A stretch of 62,538 nt of DNA, the filler included, from Chiloscyllium plagiosum (taxonomy: Eukaryota), in the NCBI RefSeq assembly GCF_004010195.1. It is 3 parts of 2 records of this genome, joined end to end, with 100 filler letters (N's around TTAATTAATTAA, not from the genome) between each part and the next. Parts side by side here need not be neighbours in the genome. Positions count along the whole stretch, not along the records: positions 1 to 28,848 come from NC_057716.1; positions 28,949 to 58,864 come from NC_057716.1; 1 more part is not named here. One strand, given 5' to 3'. The notes beneath the pieces were generated by a model. That model made no database searches and had not been told where the DNA came from. It was given only the letters and a program-made list of their open reading frames with translations. Both the position numbers and the translations under genes were made by a program. Position 1 is the stretch's first letter; every line of letters begins with the position of its first letter. This document shows positions 24,848 to 36,758 of the stretch, piece after piece.

Positions 24848-25503
24848 TTACAGAGACAGGGAGGTGCTGTCGTCGCTGGAGGGTTTCACAGAGACAGGGA
24901 GGAGTGTAACAGCTGGCAGGGATAACAGGCACAGCGAGGGGTGTAATAGCAGGAGGATGTCACAGTCATAGTGAGGGGTTGCAGCGGCTGAAGCGGGTCA
25001 CCGAGATAGGAATGGGTGTAACAGTTGGAGCTAGCCACAGACATAAGGAGGGCGTGTAAATGCTGGAGAGTATCACACATATAGGGAAGGGTGCAGAGGT
25101 TGGAGGGGTTAACAGAGGGAGGGAATAGTGTAATGCTGGCGGGGGCACCAGAGATAGGGGAGTGTACAGGCAAAAGCCGCTCACAGAGAATGTGAAGTTT
25201 GTTGGATCTGGAGGAGGTTACACAGAAAAGGAGGGATATAGTGCAGGAGGAGTTCACAGAGATAGCAAGGGGTCTGGGGAAGGAGGTGGTTACAGCAATC
25301 GGGAGAGTTTAGGAGCTGAAGAAGATTACAGAGGTGGGGGTGTGGTAGCTGGAGCATGTTACAGATGGAGGGAGGCATGTGGTAACTGGCGGAGGTTGCA
25401 GAGATCGGGCGAGGTGTAGGAGCTGGTGGAGGTTACAGAGATAGGAAGTTTTAGTAGCTGGAGGTGATTATGGAGATAGGGAGAGGGTTACCTAGGCTGG
25501 GGT
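24848..25503. repeat. Degenerate ~35-bp G-rich minisatellite
   Basis: Recurrent ggaggttacagagatagggagg.gtgta..gctgg units running into an N gap. Confidence 0.75.
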
Positions 25504-26217
25504 NNNNNNNNNNNNNNNNNNNNNNNNNNNNNNNNNNNNNNNNNNNNNNNNNNNNNNNNNNNNNNNNNNNNNNNNNNNNNNNNNNNNNNNNNNNNNNNNN
25601 NNNNNNNNNNNNNNNNNNNNNNNNNNNNNNNNNNNNNNNNNNNNNNNNNNNNNNNNNNNNNNNNNNNNNNNNNNNNNNNNNNNNNNNNNNNNNNNNNNNN
25701 NNNNNNNNNNNNNNNNNNNNNNNNNNNNNNNNNNNNNNNNNNNNNNNNNNNNNNNNNNNNNNNNNNNNNNNNNNNNNNNNNNNNNNNNNNNNNNNNNNNN
25801 NNNNNNNNNNNNNNNNNNNNNNNNNNNNNNNNNNNNNNNNNNNNNNNNNNNNNNNNNNNNNNNNNNNNNNNNNNNNNNNNNNNNNNNNNNNNNNNNNNNN
25901 NNNNNNNNNNNNNNNNNNNNNNNNNNNNNNNNNNNNNNNNNNNNNNNNNNNNNNNNNNNNNNNNNNNNNNNNNNNNNNNNNNNNNNNNNNNNNNNNNNNN
26001 NNNNNNNNNNNNNNNNNNNNNNNNNNNNNNNNNNNNNNNNNNNNNNNNNNNNNNNNNNNNNNNNNNNNNNNNNNNNNNNNNNNNNNNNNNNNNNNNNNNN
26101 NNNNNNNNNNNNNNNNNNNNNNNNNNNNNNNNNNNNNNNNNNNNNNNNNNNNNNNNNNNNNNNNNNNNNNNNNNAGCTGCCCGACAAACTGTTTAAGCAA
26201 CAAATGACACAATGAAA

Positions 26218-26396
26218 CCTCATGGTGTCAGATCAAACACGGATATGCAAATCTTTTTGTGACTGCCCTCTCTCAGCCTCAATGTGTCAAGTCAAATATT
26301 GACAAGGAAACCTCCTGCTGACTCTCCTCCCTCAGCCTCATGGTGTCAAAGAAAAAACATTCACACGGAAACATCATGCTGAATACCGTCCCTCAG
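26218..26396. repeat. 59-bp tandem repeat, 3 diverged copies
   Basis: cctca..gtgtca....ctcag units starting 26218, 26277, 26336. Confidence 0.7.
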
Positions 26397-26720
26397 CTGA
26401 TGGATCAGTATCCCTCTACATTGTACAATAATTTCAGAAGCACTGAGAGAATGGCAAAGGAGGAAAATGTTTACTGTGGGGGCCATTTCTAAACTGGCAC
26501 TAAGAGGGTTTCAGCATTGTCAATCGAGCAGGTCCAGTCAAAAATGACACAACTGCTGGACTTAGTCTGCATTGGATGGGGAGGGAACGACGAAGAGGGA
26601 GAAATATACTTGACCTCATACTCACCAATCTACAGACACATTGATCGATGACCATATTGGTAACAGTGACTACTGCATACAGCATATGTGGAGTCAATGA
26701 CTCACTTTTACATTGCGAAC

Positions 26721-26726
<6 letters not shown>

Positions 26727-26760
<34 letters not shown>
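26727..26760. repeat. (TG)17 microsatellite
   Basis: Direct read. Confidence 0.98.
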
Positions 26761-26761
<1 letters not shown>

Positions 26762-26969
26762 TACCATCATCATGCTACTCGACGTGACAGATTTTGAGTT
26801 GATCGAGTAACTCCACACGCGGCTGTGTGATGTGATTAGGGTCATTACCAACAGAGGTAGAATTGTACTTTAGCACAATTTTCAGTAACACAGTCTGGCA
26901 TCTGCTCCACATTACCCTGACCATCAACCCAGTTGATAAATTATTGTTCAATGAAGAAATAGTTGTCCA

Positions 26970-27618
26970 TGTTCATAGATGCCTGAAGGTTGTCACTGAA
27001 CGTAACAACTGGTCGTGTTGTTAAGAAGGCATACGGTTAGTTAGCTTTTCCTGGTCGACGGATTGAGATTCGGAGCCATGACGTCATGCTGTAGTTGCGC
27101 AAAACTCTGGTGCAGCCGCACATGGAGTATTGTGTGCAGTTCTGCTCACTGCCTTATAGGAATGATGTGGAAGCTTTGGAAAAGGTTCCGCAGGGATTTA
27201 CTAGGATGTTGCCAGGTATGGACAGGAGGTCTAACGAGGAAAAGCTGAGGGACTTAATGCTTTTTTTCGTTAGAGCGAAGAAATGTGTGAGGTGTCTTAA
27301 TTGAGATTGAAGAAAAATCAGCATGAAACAGGGTGGACAGCGGCGACATGTTTCCTTGGACGGTGATGACTAGCACGAAGGAGGAGTGCTAGATATCGGA
27401 CAGATGTCAGAAGTAGTTTATTTATTGAGGGAGTCGTAGGAACATGGAACGCACGGCTTGCAACAGAAGGAGACTCGCCAACGTTTAAGACACTTAAATG
27501 TTCATCAGATAAATATTTGAATGAAAATGGAGTACTGTCGGATAGATGGGCTTCAGATTGTTTCCACAAGTCAGCGCAACATCGGGGGTGGAAGAGCCTG
27601 TAATGTTCTATGTTCTAA
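26970..27618 (+). mobile_element. CR1 3' fragment
   Basis: KTLVQPHMEYCVQFCS..ALEKVPQGFTRMLPG; tail aatgttctatgttcta. Confidence 0.85.
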
Positions 27619-28848
27619 TAAGGAGGCGCTACTAAAAGTAGCACTAGGCACACCTACAAGTGGGATGAAGTTACCAAAACAGCACCAACTTCTTCAACAA
27701 AAAGCATAAGCTGCAAGTGACGGGCCAAAACCAACACATCCGACCCCATCGCTGCCATCCTATCACATGAAGTCTGGTTGAACGGTGTCTGGACAAACAA
27801 ACAATTCAGTGTAGGAAACGGCTGCACAAACATAGTTATTCTCGATGATGGAACACCCCAACACGACAATAGAAATGATAAGGCTGAAACATTCACAACA
27901 ATGTTCAGACAGAAGTGTCGATGCGATGATCTTTTTTGAGTATAATCCAGATAGCAGTCTTCAACTATTTCGAATCACTGTGTGCTTTCGACAATTGACT
28001 GGAAGGATTGGATCATGAAACGGCCGTAGGCTGTGATAACATTCCATTCAATCTGTTCCTGCTGGGCTACAGCACTGGCCTTTGTCTAAGAATGTGGGAA
28101 GGTATCCATGTGTGTCCTGTACATACGCAGACAAAACATGAGACAATCAATGACTGCCCCATTGCTCTAATCCCTAACATTAATAAAGTGAGGAAAAGCG
28201 CCATCTACAGTGGGATCAAGCAGCACTTCCTCAGCACCAACATGCTCACTGAAGCTCAATTTGGGTTCTATCAGGGTCACTCATCCCCTGACCTCATGGA
28301 AGCCTTCGTTTAAAGTTGGGCAACATTTTTTTTAAAGCTGAAATCGGGAGGGGAGGCGAGAGTGACGATACTTAACATTATCATACCCGTATTTGACCAA
28401 GGATTAACAGCAAAACTGAAGCAAATTGGAATCAGGGAAATCTCTGCATTTGTTGAAGTTATACCTGGTGCAACGTAAGATGGTTGCGATTGCTGGAGAG
28501 CAGCCATCTCAGATCCAGGTCAGCTCTGCAGCGGTTCTCCAGAGGAGGTGTTTCTGGGTAAGTCTGAAGATGTGAAATGGAAAGGTAAAGCACTATGCTC
28601 CTTAGGGATTATCGGATTGCTCTCCAGTCAGACAGATACGCCTGGTTGTCGTTTAACTGGACAATCATCCTGCCTCAAGCAAGGAAGAGGTTGAGTAGGA
28701 CAGTCTTTTCCAGTCACCTCAGTCAGTGCAGGAATGCAAAATTGTTGGCATTAGTCTCCATTATAAATTAGCCGACCCATTGATTGAGATAAGCACGTCG
28801 TCACTCATCTCCTGAGGGGAGATATGTTAATATTAATCTGTTCAGACA

Positions 28849-28948
28849 NNNNNNNNNNNNNNNNNNNNNNNNNNNNNNNNNNNNNNNNNNNNTTAATTAA
28901 TTAANNNNNNNNNNNNNNNNNNNNNNNNNNNNNNNNNNNNNNNNNNNN
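28849..28948. other. Artificial scaffold linker N44-TTAATTAATTAA-N44
   Basis: Exactly 100 bp; palindromic 12-mer with stop codons in all frames; identical to 58865-58964. Confidence 0.9.
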
Positions 28949-29331
28949 GTGGAAACATATCAGATTATGAAGGGAATATATAAGATAGAAGTAGAGAGGA
29001 TATTTCCACCAGAAGGTGAAAATAGGATGAGAGGACACAGCCTCAAGATTAGAGGGAGCAGATTTAGGACTGAACTGAGAAGGAACTTCTTCACTCAGAG
29101 GGTTGGTAATCGATGGAAGTCCTTTCCCAGGGATGTAGTTGATGCTAGTTCAGTAAATGTTTTTAAAGCAAAGGTAGATATTTTTGAAAATAAAAGCATT
29201 AAGGAATACGGTGAGATGGCGGGTAAATGGGGCCGAGTCCAGGAAAAGACCAGCCACGATTTTATTGAATGGTGGAACAGGTTTGGAGGGCCGGACGGCC
29301 TACTCCTGCTCCTCGTCCTTATGTTCTTATG
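28949..29331 (+). mobile_element. CR1 3' end
   Basis: RMRGHSLKIRGSRFRTELRRNFFTQRVGNRW; tail cttatgttcttatg. Confidence 0.9.
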
Positions 29332-30701
29332 ATTATCTGGAGGAACAACAATTAGTCCTCTTGCATTTTTTTGAACAGGGACGCATTGTTTGCGATCACC
29401 CATTTCTTTCCCAGAATTGCATTGAGGTCACTCAAAACAGTTCCTGAGATTTCAGAGAAATGGACCATTCTGCCAATATTAATGGAAAGTTACAAAATGA
29501 ATGAACTGAAGCAAAATACTGCAGGGGCTGGAAATCTGAAATAAGAACAGAAAAGGCTGGGAGTGCNNNNNNNNNNNNNNNNNNNNNNNNNNNNNNNNNN
29601 NNNNNNNNNNNNNNNNNNNNNNNNNNNNNNNNNNNNNNNNNNNNNNNNNNNNNNNNNNAGTTGAGCTAATGGTTTTCATTTCTGAAATATGTTAAATTTT
29701 CTGGTCCCATTCCTAATAAGTAATCACCTTGAGAGTTGATGGGGAAGGAGCATTGGTCCGGTTGTACTGAGACAATGAGGGGGTACCTGAATGATTATTA
29801 AAATAGAGTCAATGTGCAGGGTGATGGGGAAGAGCAAGTTGTCGCCATTGTGTCAACATGTGTAGACAGCCTGTGAAGATACGATGGACTGAATGGCTTC
29901 CTTCTGGTAACTGGGTGATTATTAAACCTGATCTCCCTTTTCCTTTCCTGGGTGTGTAGTCCACACGCTGGATTGTGCTTCAGTAGAGGCTCTCCAGTGC
30001 TCACCAGGAGCTAACACAACAAACAGCTAAGGCACTGTGTGTCGTAATGGCCCTGAAAATACCTTGTCAGTGGTTAACAGCTCCAATACTAGCCATGCAC
30101 TGAGTTGAACTGAGTACAGTTACAAAACTGGCAACCACCTATTAATGAAGGGATTTAAACAGGTAAATCTCAAAGAGTAGAACAAATCAAATCCAAATAA
30201 TTACCGCCGCTTCAGTCTAATCGCAATTATAAGCAACATGGTGGAAGGTATCATCAAGAGAGCTACCGAGTTGCTCTCACTCAGCAATAACTAGTTCACT
30301 GGTGTCCAGCTCTGCAGGGTTGCTCAGCACCAGACCTCATAACAACATCCAAACAAGGACAAAAGAGCTGGACTCCTGAGGTGAGGTGAGAGAGACTGCA
30401 CTTGACATCAAAGCAGCAATTAACCAAGCCTGACCTGAAGGAAACCTAAAATAATGAGAAATGGGATGATATTTTTATTGATTGGGGTCATTCCTAGTAC
30501 ATAGGAGGTTGGGTGTGGTTGCTGGAAGTCAGACACCTCAACTTCAGGACATCTTTTCAGGAGTTCCTCAGGGAAAGGTCCAAGGCCAACCTATCTTCAG
30601 CAGTTTCGTCATGGACAATCCCTCAATCATAAGGTCAGAATTCAGGATGTTTGTTGATTGTTCACAAAGTTTAGTCCCATTCCTGACTCATCAGACACTA
30701 T

Positions 30702-30888
30702 CAAAGAGTGTGGTGCTGGAAAAAGCACAGCCGGTCAGGCAGCATCTGTGGAGCAGGAGAATCGACGTTTCGGGCAAAAGCTCTTCATCAGAATTCCTCA
30801 AATGTCGATTCTCCTGCTTCTTGGATGCTGCCTGACCGGCTGTGCTTTTCCAATGCCACGCCTCTTTGATTCTGATCTCCAAATTCTG
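30702..30888. mobile_element. 187-bp Penelope family A hairpin element with a hammerhead in the loop and an 11-bp TSD
   Basis: Inverted arms ~30701-30769 / 30799-30869; flanks TCAGACACTAT (30691-30701) / TCAGATACTAT (30889-30899). Confidence 0.85.
30758..30797 (-). ncRNA. Minimal type I hammerhead ribozyme motif
   Basis: Minus strand GGAATT-CTGATGA-A-GAGC-TTTT-GCCC-GAA-ACGT-C-GATTCT: intact core, 6-bp stem I (two G-U), palindromic ACGT stem III, GUC triplet, one mismatch in stem II. Confidence 0.75.
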
Positions 30889-31990
30889 TCAGATACTATG
30901 TCCATACATAACAACATTTGGACTCTATTCAGCTGTAGGCTAACAAGTAACATTTGCCCCACACAAATGTCAGTTATCTCCAAAAAGAGAGATTGTAACC
31001 ATTTTTCTTGACATCAATGAATTCCCTAGTATCAGTATCCTGGGAGAGGGGCGAGGGGTTGCAATAGACCACAGTCTGAGCTAGACCAGTTCCATAATTA
31101 CCGGTGTTACAAGACCATGTCAGATATTGGTGATACTATAGTACATACCTCACCTCCTGACTCCCCAAAGTCTGTCCACTATCGACAAAGGGTAAGTCAT
31201 GTGTGTGAGTGAATACTCCCCACTTGTCTGGGTGAGGTCTGCTCCAACAACTCTCTATAAACTTGATAATAAAGCAGCACCCTTGATTGCGACCACATCC
31301 ACAAATACTGCCATCTTCCACCATCAATGCACCCCAGCAGCAGTGTGCGGCATGTGGAAGATGCATAAGAGCCTTTGATAGAATCTTCCAACGTAGCAAC
31401 CTCTACCGTCTCAAATCAATAGGCGATCAGCTGCACAAGGAAACGACCTCTGAGTAGTTATCAGAGGATAACATAGACAGAGATACCCTCACATTAATCC
31501 ACCTTCACTGGATAATGATCAGGGGTATAATATGTCTGCTGATACCCACCATGGTCACTAGATACGAAAGAATCTAGTGGGCTGATCCTTCCACACTAAT
31601 TCTGAATGACTTTGTAAAGATGAAGCACAGGAAGCTGGACATTTCCACCAGCCCAATACAGGGTCACTGATCTCTGTTCAACTTCAGAAACTAAAGTATA
31701 TATCTCATGGTCTTTGTGATATTTCCTGCATTCCCTTGTTTACAGTTTAATAATCTGTCAGCATAGTGTCAATTTTCACATCATCTCTCAAACTGCATTT
31801 CCTCATTTTCTGTGTTTCTAAATAATGGCTGATTTTTTTGGATCCAGCAGATTACATGACAATGCGTATAAATACTTCAATTCATTTTCAGAATCAGGGA
31901 CAGACTCAGAAATCACACAATGTACTCTGTGTAATTGGTAATTTTTCTACCAGCTTGATTAATTTTCCTGTTTATTTTCCTTCCCCATAG

Positions 31991-33133
31991 CAAACATCAG
32001 AACAATTATAATTCTGTTGCAAGGAATGTGTGTTCCTTAAAGCTGTATTATGTGATACTTGGTGGAGATGTCAGCAGCAGATATCCTGGTTATTATCCTC
32101 GACCCACTGTTGAGGCACATTCTAATTATATACAAGAGAGAGTTATATTTCCTGTGGGCCATCCCCATCTGTAATATCCACGCTGTCTTTCTTTTTACAG
32201 CCACTGACTGTTCTGTCTGGTTTACCGCCACTTTTACCTTTGATCGATATGTGGCCATTTGCTGCCCAAATCTGCAAATTAAATTTTGTACCGAGAAGAC
32301 AGCAGCTGTGGTTCTGGGAACAGTGACTGTGCTGAGTGGTTTGAAGAACATTTTCTGGTACTTTATGTTCACATCTCAGTATTCGCTGAGAAATCTCCCC
32401 TGATTTTGTTCAGTACCAGCTGATATTCTGTCATCTCCAGCCTGGGGAACAATCNNNNNNNNNNNNNNNNNNNNNNNNNNNNNNNNNNNNNNNNNNNNNN
32501 NNNNNNNNNNNNNNNNNNNNNNNNNNNNNNNNNNNNNNNNNNNNNNNNNNNNNNNNNNNNNNNNNNNNNNNNNNNNNNNNNNNNNNNNNNNNNNNNNNNN
32601 NNNNNNNNNNNNNNNNNNNNNNNNNNNNNNNNNNNNNNNNNNNNNNNNNNNNNNNNNNNNNNNNNNNNNNNNNNNNNNNNNNNNNNNNNNNNNNNNNNNN
32701 NNNNNNNNNNNNNNNNNNNNNNNNNNNNNNNNNNNNNNNNNNNNNNNNNNNNNNNNNNNNNNNNNNNNNNNNNNNNNNNNNNNNNNNNNNNNNNNNNNNN
32801 NNNNNNNNNNNNNNNNNNNNNNNNNNNNNNNNNNNNNNNNNNNNNNNNNNNNNNNNNNNNNNNNNNNNNNNNNNNNNNNNNNNNNNNNNNNNNNNNNNNN
32901 NNNNNNNNNNNNNNNNNNNNNNNNNNNNNNNNNNNNNNNNNNNNNNNNNNNNNNNNNNNNNNNNNNNNNNNNNNNATCTACATTATTTTGTAGGAGATAT
33001 CGGATTCATTCTCCAGCTCCTAAGTTGCTGCACAAACACTTGTATATATGTTGTGACCCAGACTAAGTTCAGGAAACAGCTGAAGAACATGGTAAAATAC
33101 CCTCTTACTCGAATGGGGAAACTCATTAAATGA
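31991..33133 (+). pseudogene. GPR139/GPR142-like class A GPCR, main coding exon (TM1 end to C-terminus), pseudogene
   Basis: Acceptor ttttccttccccatag|; NIRTIIILLQGMCVP*SCIM*YLVEMSAADILV (TM2); ATDCSVWFTATFTFDRYVAICCP (TM3 DRY); FCTEKTAAVV; NLP*FC; after the gap GFILQLLSCCTNTCIYVVTQTKFR..LIK* (TM7/H8); three in-frame stops; middle is an N gap. Confidence 0.88.
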
Positions 33134-33321
33134 TGAGATAAATTGAAGAATTCAGTTTTAGAATCCATCCAATCCACTCTCTTTCGGGTCAGTGATACAG
33201 ACACAGTGAGGGGAGCCTGCTCTTTACAATCTTTGTGACACAGACTGAGTGTGTTCAGTTGGCAGTTCTAGTGATCTACTACAGACAAAGTGTGATTGGT
33301 CTGTTATTTCTGGGTCAATGA

Positions 33322-35332
33322 ATTGGACACAGTGCGGTCAGTCTACTCTACCCAATATATGTGACACCAATACAGTCGGGACAATCTGCCCTCTCCAGGG
33401 ACTATGACAAAGAGACAGTGAGTTTGGTTTGCTCTCTCACTGGGATATATGTGAATACACTAATATGAATGAAGAGTGAGTCAGTTATAGTACTTGAGTC
33501 TGATCTGCCATCGTTCATGGTTGGTCTTCCTGCAGTCTTAATCCTCTTTTCCACCCACTTTCTATCCCCATTGAATCCCTTGTTAGTGATGAGTTCACAT
33601 TACTCTTCCATACAAGGCATCAATGAGCCTGCCTCCATTGTTATCTGGAAGATCCTTCCACAGACTATTGTACAGTGAGATGAATCACATGTTGTATGTG
33701 CTGCTACAAATACTTTGTCAGTTTTAAAAGGGAATTTACAGAATTTGGATGAGTTCAATGTGTTTGAACTCAACTAATAAAAGGACTCTTGGACAAATCG
33801 CTTCAAACTGTGATGTTCAAGTGTTTCAGGTTCAGCAGAAATATTCATGAGGTGAGACAGGCACTTGGAAATAGTGAAAAATATCTGATTGTGTTAAGTT
33901 TCATGAAGTAAATCTGACTCATGTGACAAAAAAACTCGATTGAAAGAACATGCAAGAAACACAAATGGTATAAGACCTTCAGAGAGAGGAGCAGAAATTA
34001 GGCCATTCAGCCCAGTGAGTCTGCTCTGCCAGTCAATCATGGCTGATACATTTCTAAAACCCATTCTCCTACTTTTTCACCATACCCCTTGATGCCCTTG
34101 ATACTCAAGAACCTGTCTATTTCCGTCTTAAATTCACCACCCTCTGTCGAAAGAGGTTTCTCCTAATCTCTATTCTAAAAGGTCTTCCCTTTCCTCTAAG
34201 GCTGTGCCCTCAGTCTTAGTCTATCCTACCCAATGGAAACATCTTCCCAAAATCCAGTCAATTCATGCCATTCAGTATTCTGTATGTTTCCCTTTGATCC
34301 CTCCTCATCCTTCTAACCTCCATCAATTATGGACATAGACTCCTCAAACATTCCTCATATGTTAAGCTTTTCATTTCTGGGGACATTGTTGTGAACCACC
34401 TCTGAATATGCTCCAGGGCCAGTACATCCTTCCTGAGATGTGGGATTTAATCTGCACACAGTACTCTGAATGTGCTCCGAGCAGAGCCTCAGAAATACAT
34501 CCCAGTTTTTATATTCAAGTCCTCTCAAGATAAACGCCATCATCGCATTTCCCTTCCTAGCTACCAATTCAACTTGCAAGTTTAACTTGAGAAAATACTG
34601 GACTAGAGTCTCTTTGCACTTCAGACTTCTGATTTTTCTCCTCATTTAGTAAATAGTCTATGCCTCTATATTTCCTACCAAAGTGCTTCACACTTTCCAA
34701 CATTGTGCTCCATCTGCCACTCTCCTAATCTGTCTAAATTCTTCTACAGCCTCCCCGCCTCCAAAATGCTGCCTGTCCCTCTACCTACCTTTGTATCATC
34801 TGCAAACGTAGCCAGAATGTCCTTGATTCCTTCATTTAGATCATTAATGTATCAAGTGAAACGTCGTGGTCCCAACACTGAGCCTTGCGGAACATGGATT
34901 GTCACCAGCTGCCATCCTGAGAAGGACCCTTTCATCCCCACTCTCTGCTTTCTACCAGGCAGCCAGGTTTCTATCCATGTTTGTGAAGATCTCGAATCCC
35001 AGGGGGGACCCCACGGTCTCGAGATCTGTCAAATGAATCCCTACGAGTATGGTTTGTTTAAAGCAAGGTTACCAGTTTCATAAATTCAGGAAGCCTGGCG
35101 CAGATTTGTCCAGCAACACAGAGGTTAAAAGTGTTTCTGTTCCATGCAGAAATGGCGCCATTACATTCGAAAATTACACATTATTGAGATGTTTATTTTT
35201 TAAGAGACAGCACAGCCTTAATTATAAGAAACGACCAATCAAAAGTAATAAGGTGACATGATTGACAGCAGGTTTTTCCAATGAAACTTCCTGAGAAACA
35301 GATTGTTTTAAGTGCCATTTATCCCGTGCTTG
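33322..35332 (+). repeat. Segmental duplication, copy 1 (GPCR 3' flank plus CR1 fragments)
   Basis: Collinear with 50187-52483, including unique sequence and identical TE junctions; paired ORFs 34355-/51494- and 35049+/52179+. Confidence 0.92.
33970..34980 (-). mobile_element. CR1 3' portion
   Basis: KFADDTKVGRGTG.., NAMMAFILRGLEYK; tail ggagcagaaattaggccattcagccc on plus strand. Confidence 0.85.
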
Positions 35333-35569
35333 TTAGTTCAAGGTTCGTTCAAATACCAAATCACTGTCTTATGTTTCATATTATGAAAACTCCATTGTTT
35401 CCTCTTTTCTCTAAATACAACCAACTCAGCAAAGCATTAGTTCAAGTTCACAGTGTCAAAGAAAAATCTAAAGACATTTTGTTCTGTTATTTTAATTTGA
35501 AAAGCCATTTTGTGCTTAATAAAAGTCTACATGTACTTGTTGCTTCTGACGATACCCTAAATTCAAATT

Positions 35570-36174
35570 TTAGATCCTCACGAGCACCATGCCTCCAACA
35601 CCATGGGCCCTTATTCTACTCAGTGGCCTCCAGTGAGGCACGTTGTCAAAGGCCTTCTTGACGTGCAGGCAGATAATATACATTGACTCACCTTTGTCTA
35701 ACCTGCTTGTTACTTTCTCAAAGAATTCTAGAAGATTTGTCAGACATTACCCTCCCTTGATGAAACCATGCTAACTTTGCTCCACTATCTCTTCAGCTAT
35801 CTCCCTTAGAATCCTGAGGTGTAGTCCATCTGGTCCAGGTTGATTTATCCACCTTCAGGCCATTCAGTTTGTCTAGCACCTTCTCCTTGGTGATGGCCAC
35901 CATTTCGAACTCTGCCTCCTCACTGTCTTGTATTGTTGGGATATTACTGTTGTCTTCCACCATGAAGACTGATGTAAAGTAAGTTCCTCAGCCATTTCTT
36001 TGTTCCCCACCACTATCCCTCCAATGTCATTTTCCAGCAGTTCTATATCCATTTTTGCCTCTCCTTTGCTCTTTATGTATCTAAAGGAACTCACAGTCTT
36101 CATTTATATTGTAGGTTAGTTTACCCACACATTTAATCTTCTCCCTCCTTATTTCTATTTTTTGTTGCCCTTGT
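35570..36174 (-). mobile_element. CR1 ORF2 internal fragment
   Basis: FRYIKSK..LENDIGGIVVGNKEMAEEL; PGPDGLHLRILREIA. Confidence 0.8.
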
Positions 36175-36758
36175 TGTGGAGAAAATATAGAGAAACACCA
36201 GGAGATGCAGAGAGTTCTTCTAGAAGTAGGTATTTTATTTGCAAACAAAAACCGTGACACTGAGAAAGCAGATTCTCGAATGCCTACGGACCTGAGGGTC
36301 TGTGGATTTGTTTTTATTATGTTTCTGTTAGCTTATCAGCATGTCCAACTATATTAATCAAAGTACCCCATTCTAGCTACACAATAAGCCAGTGATTTTA
36401 GTTCCCATTATCTCTTTAGTTGTACATTCTACTTAATGTTATTCTATTGTCACGGTTAGATATTTATTGCTAACTTTGCTGTAGTGACCTTTCCATTCAA
36501 GCCTAACTTGTCACGAGAGATATTTAGCTATTCCATCTATTACAATAGTCTCCTGTCTCAAGCTGACTCTACTAACTATTAATTAGATATTTTAATGTCA
36601 TGTGCCAAATATCCTGTTATAATAATAACACTGAACAGAGAAACTTGGTTTGTTACTTGTGTTATCTCATCACGCCATAGTGATCTTTCAGCCTTAATCT
36701 TACTCTGCTAATTAGTGTAAGAATGTTCCACTATGGTTCTCCCATCCTGCCTTCCACA
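36175..36758 (-). mobile_element. Probable solo LTR of an unrelated family
   Basis: TGTGGA...TCCACA inverted ends, 584 bp, AATAAA on minus strand ~36235; no TSD seen. Confidence 0.5.

Larger units (their letters stand above)
26397..28545 (+). mobile_element. Decayed second-family LINE (CR1/L2 group) APE + RT, interrupted by CR1
   Basis: TRRGRNILDLILTN, IGNSDY, AQFGFYQGHSSPDL; collinear with 55280-56560. Confidence 0.75.
30030..31440 (+). mobile_element. Second-family LINE RT and 3' region (decayed)
   Basis: NYRRFSLI, SGVPQGKVQGQPIFS, MFVDC; collinear with 55990-57260. Confidence 0.75.

Noticed and set aside
25451..26223. ORFs spanning N runs (also 36708-37089, 39178-39774, 45819-46938)
   Set aside because: Artefacts of translating assembly gaps.
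28893..28904. TTAATTAATTAA as a piggyBac TTAA site or biological motif
   Set aside because: Sits exactly in the centre of a 100-bp N block, twice; consistent with a synthetic linker.
31825..31942. Candidate first exon of the GPCR (ATG at 31825, gtaatt near 31938)
   Set aside because: The peptide lacks the TM1 YYP..GxP-like motif expected upstream of the acceptor, the frame stops, and the intron would be only ~50 bp.
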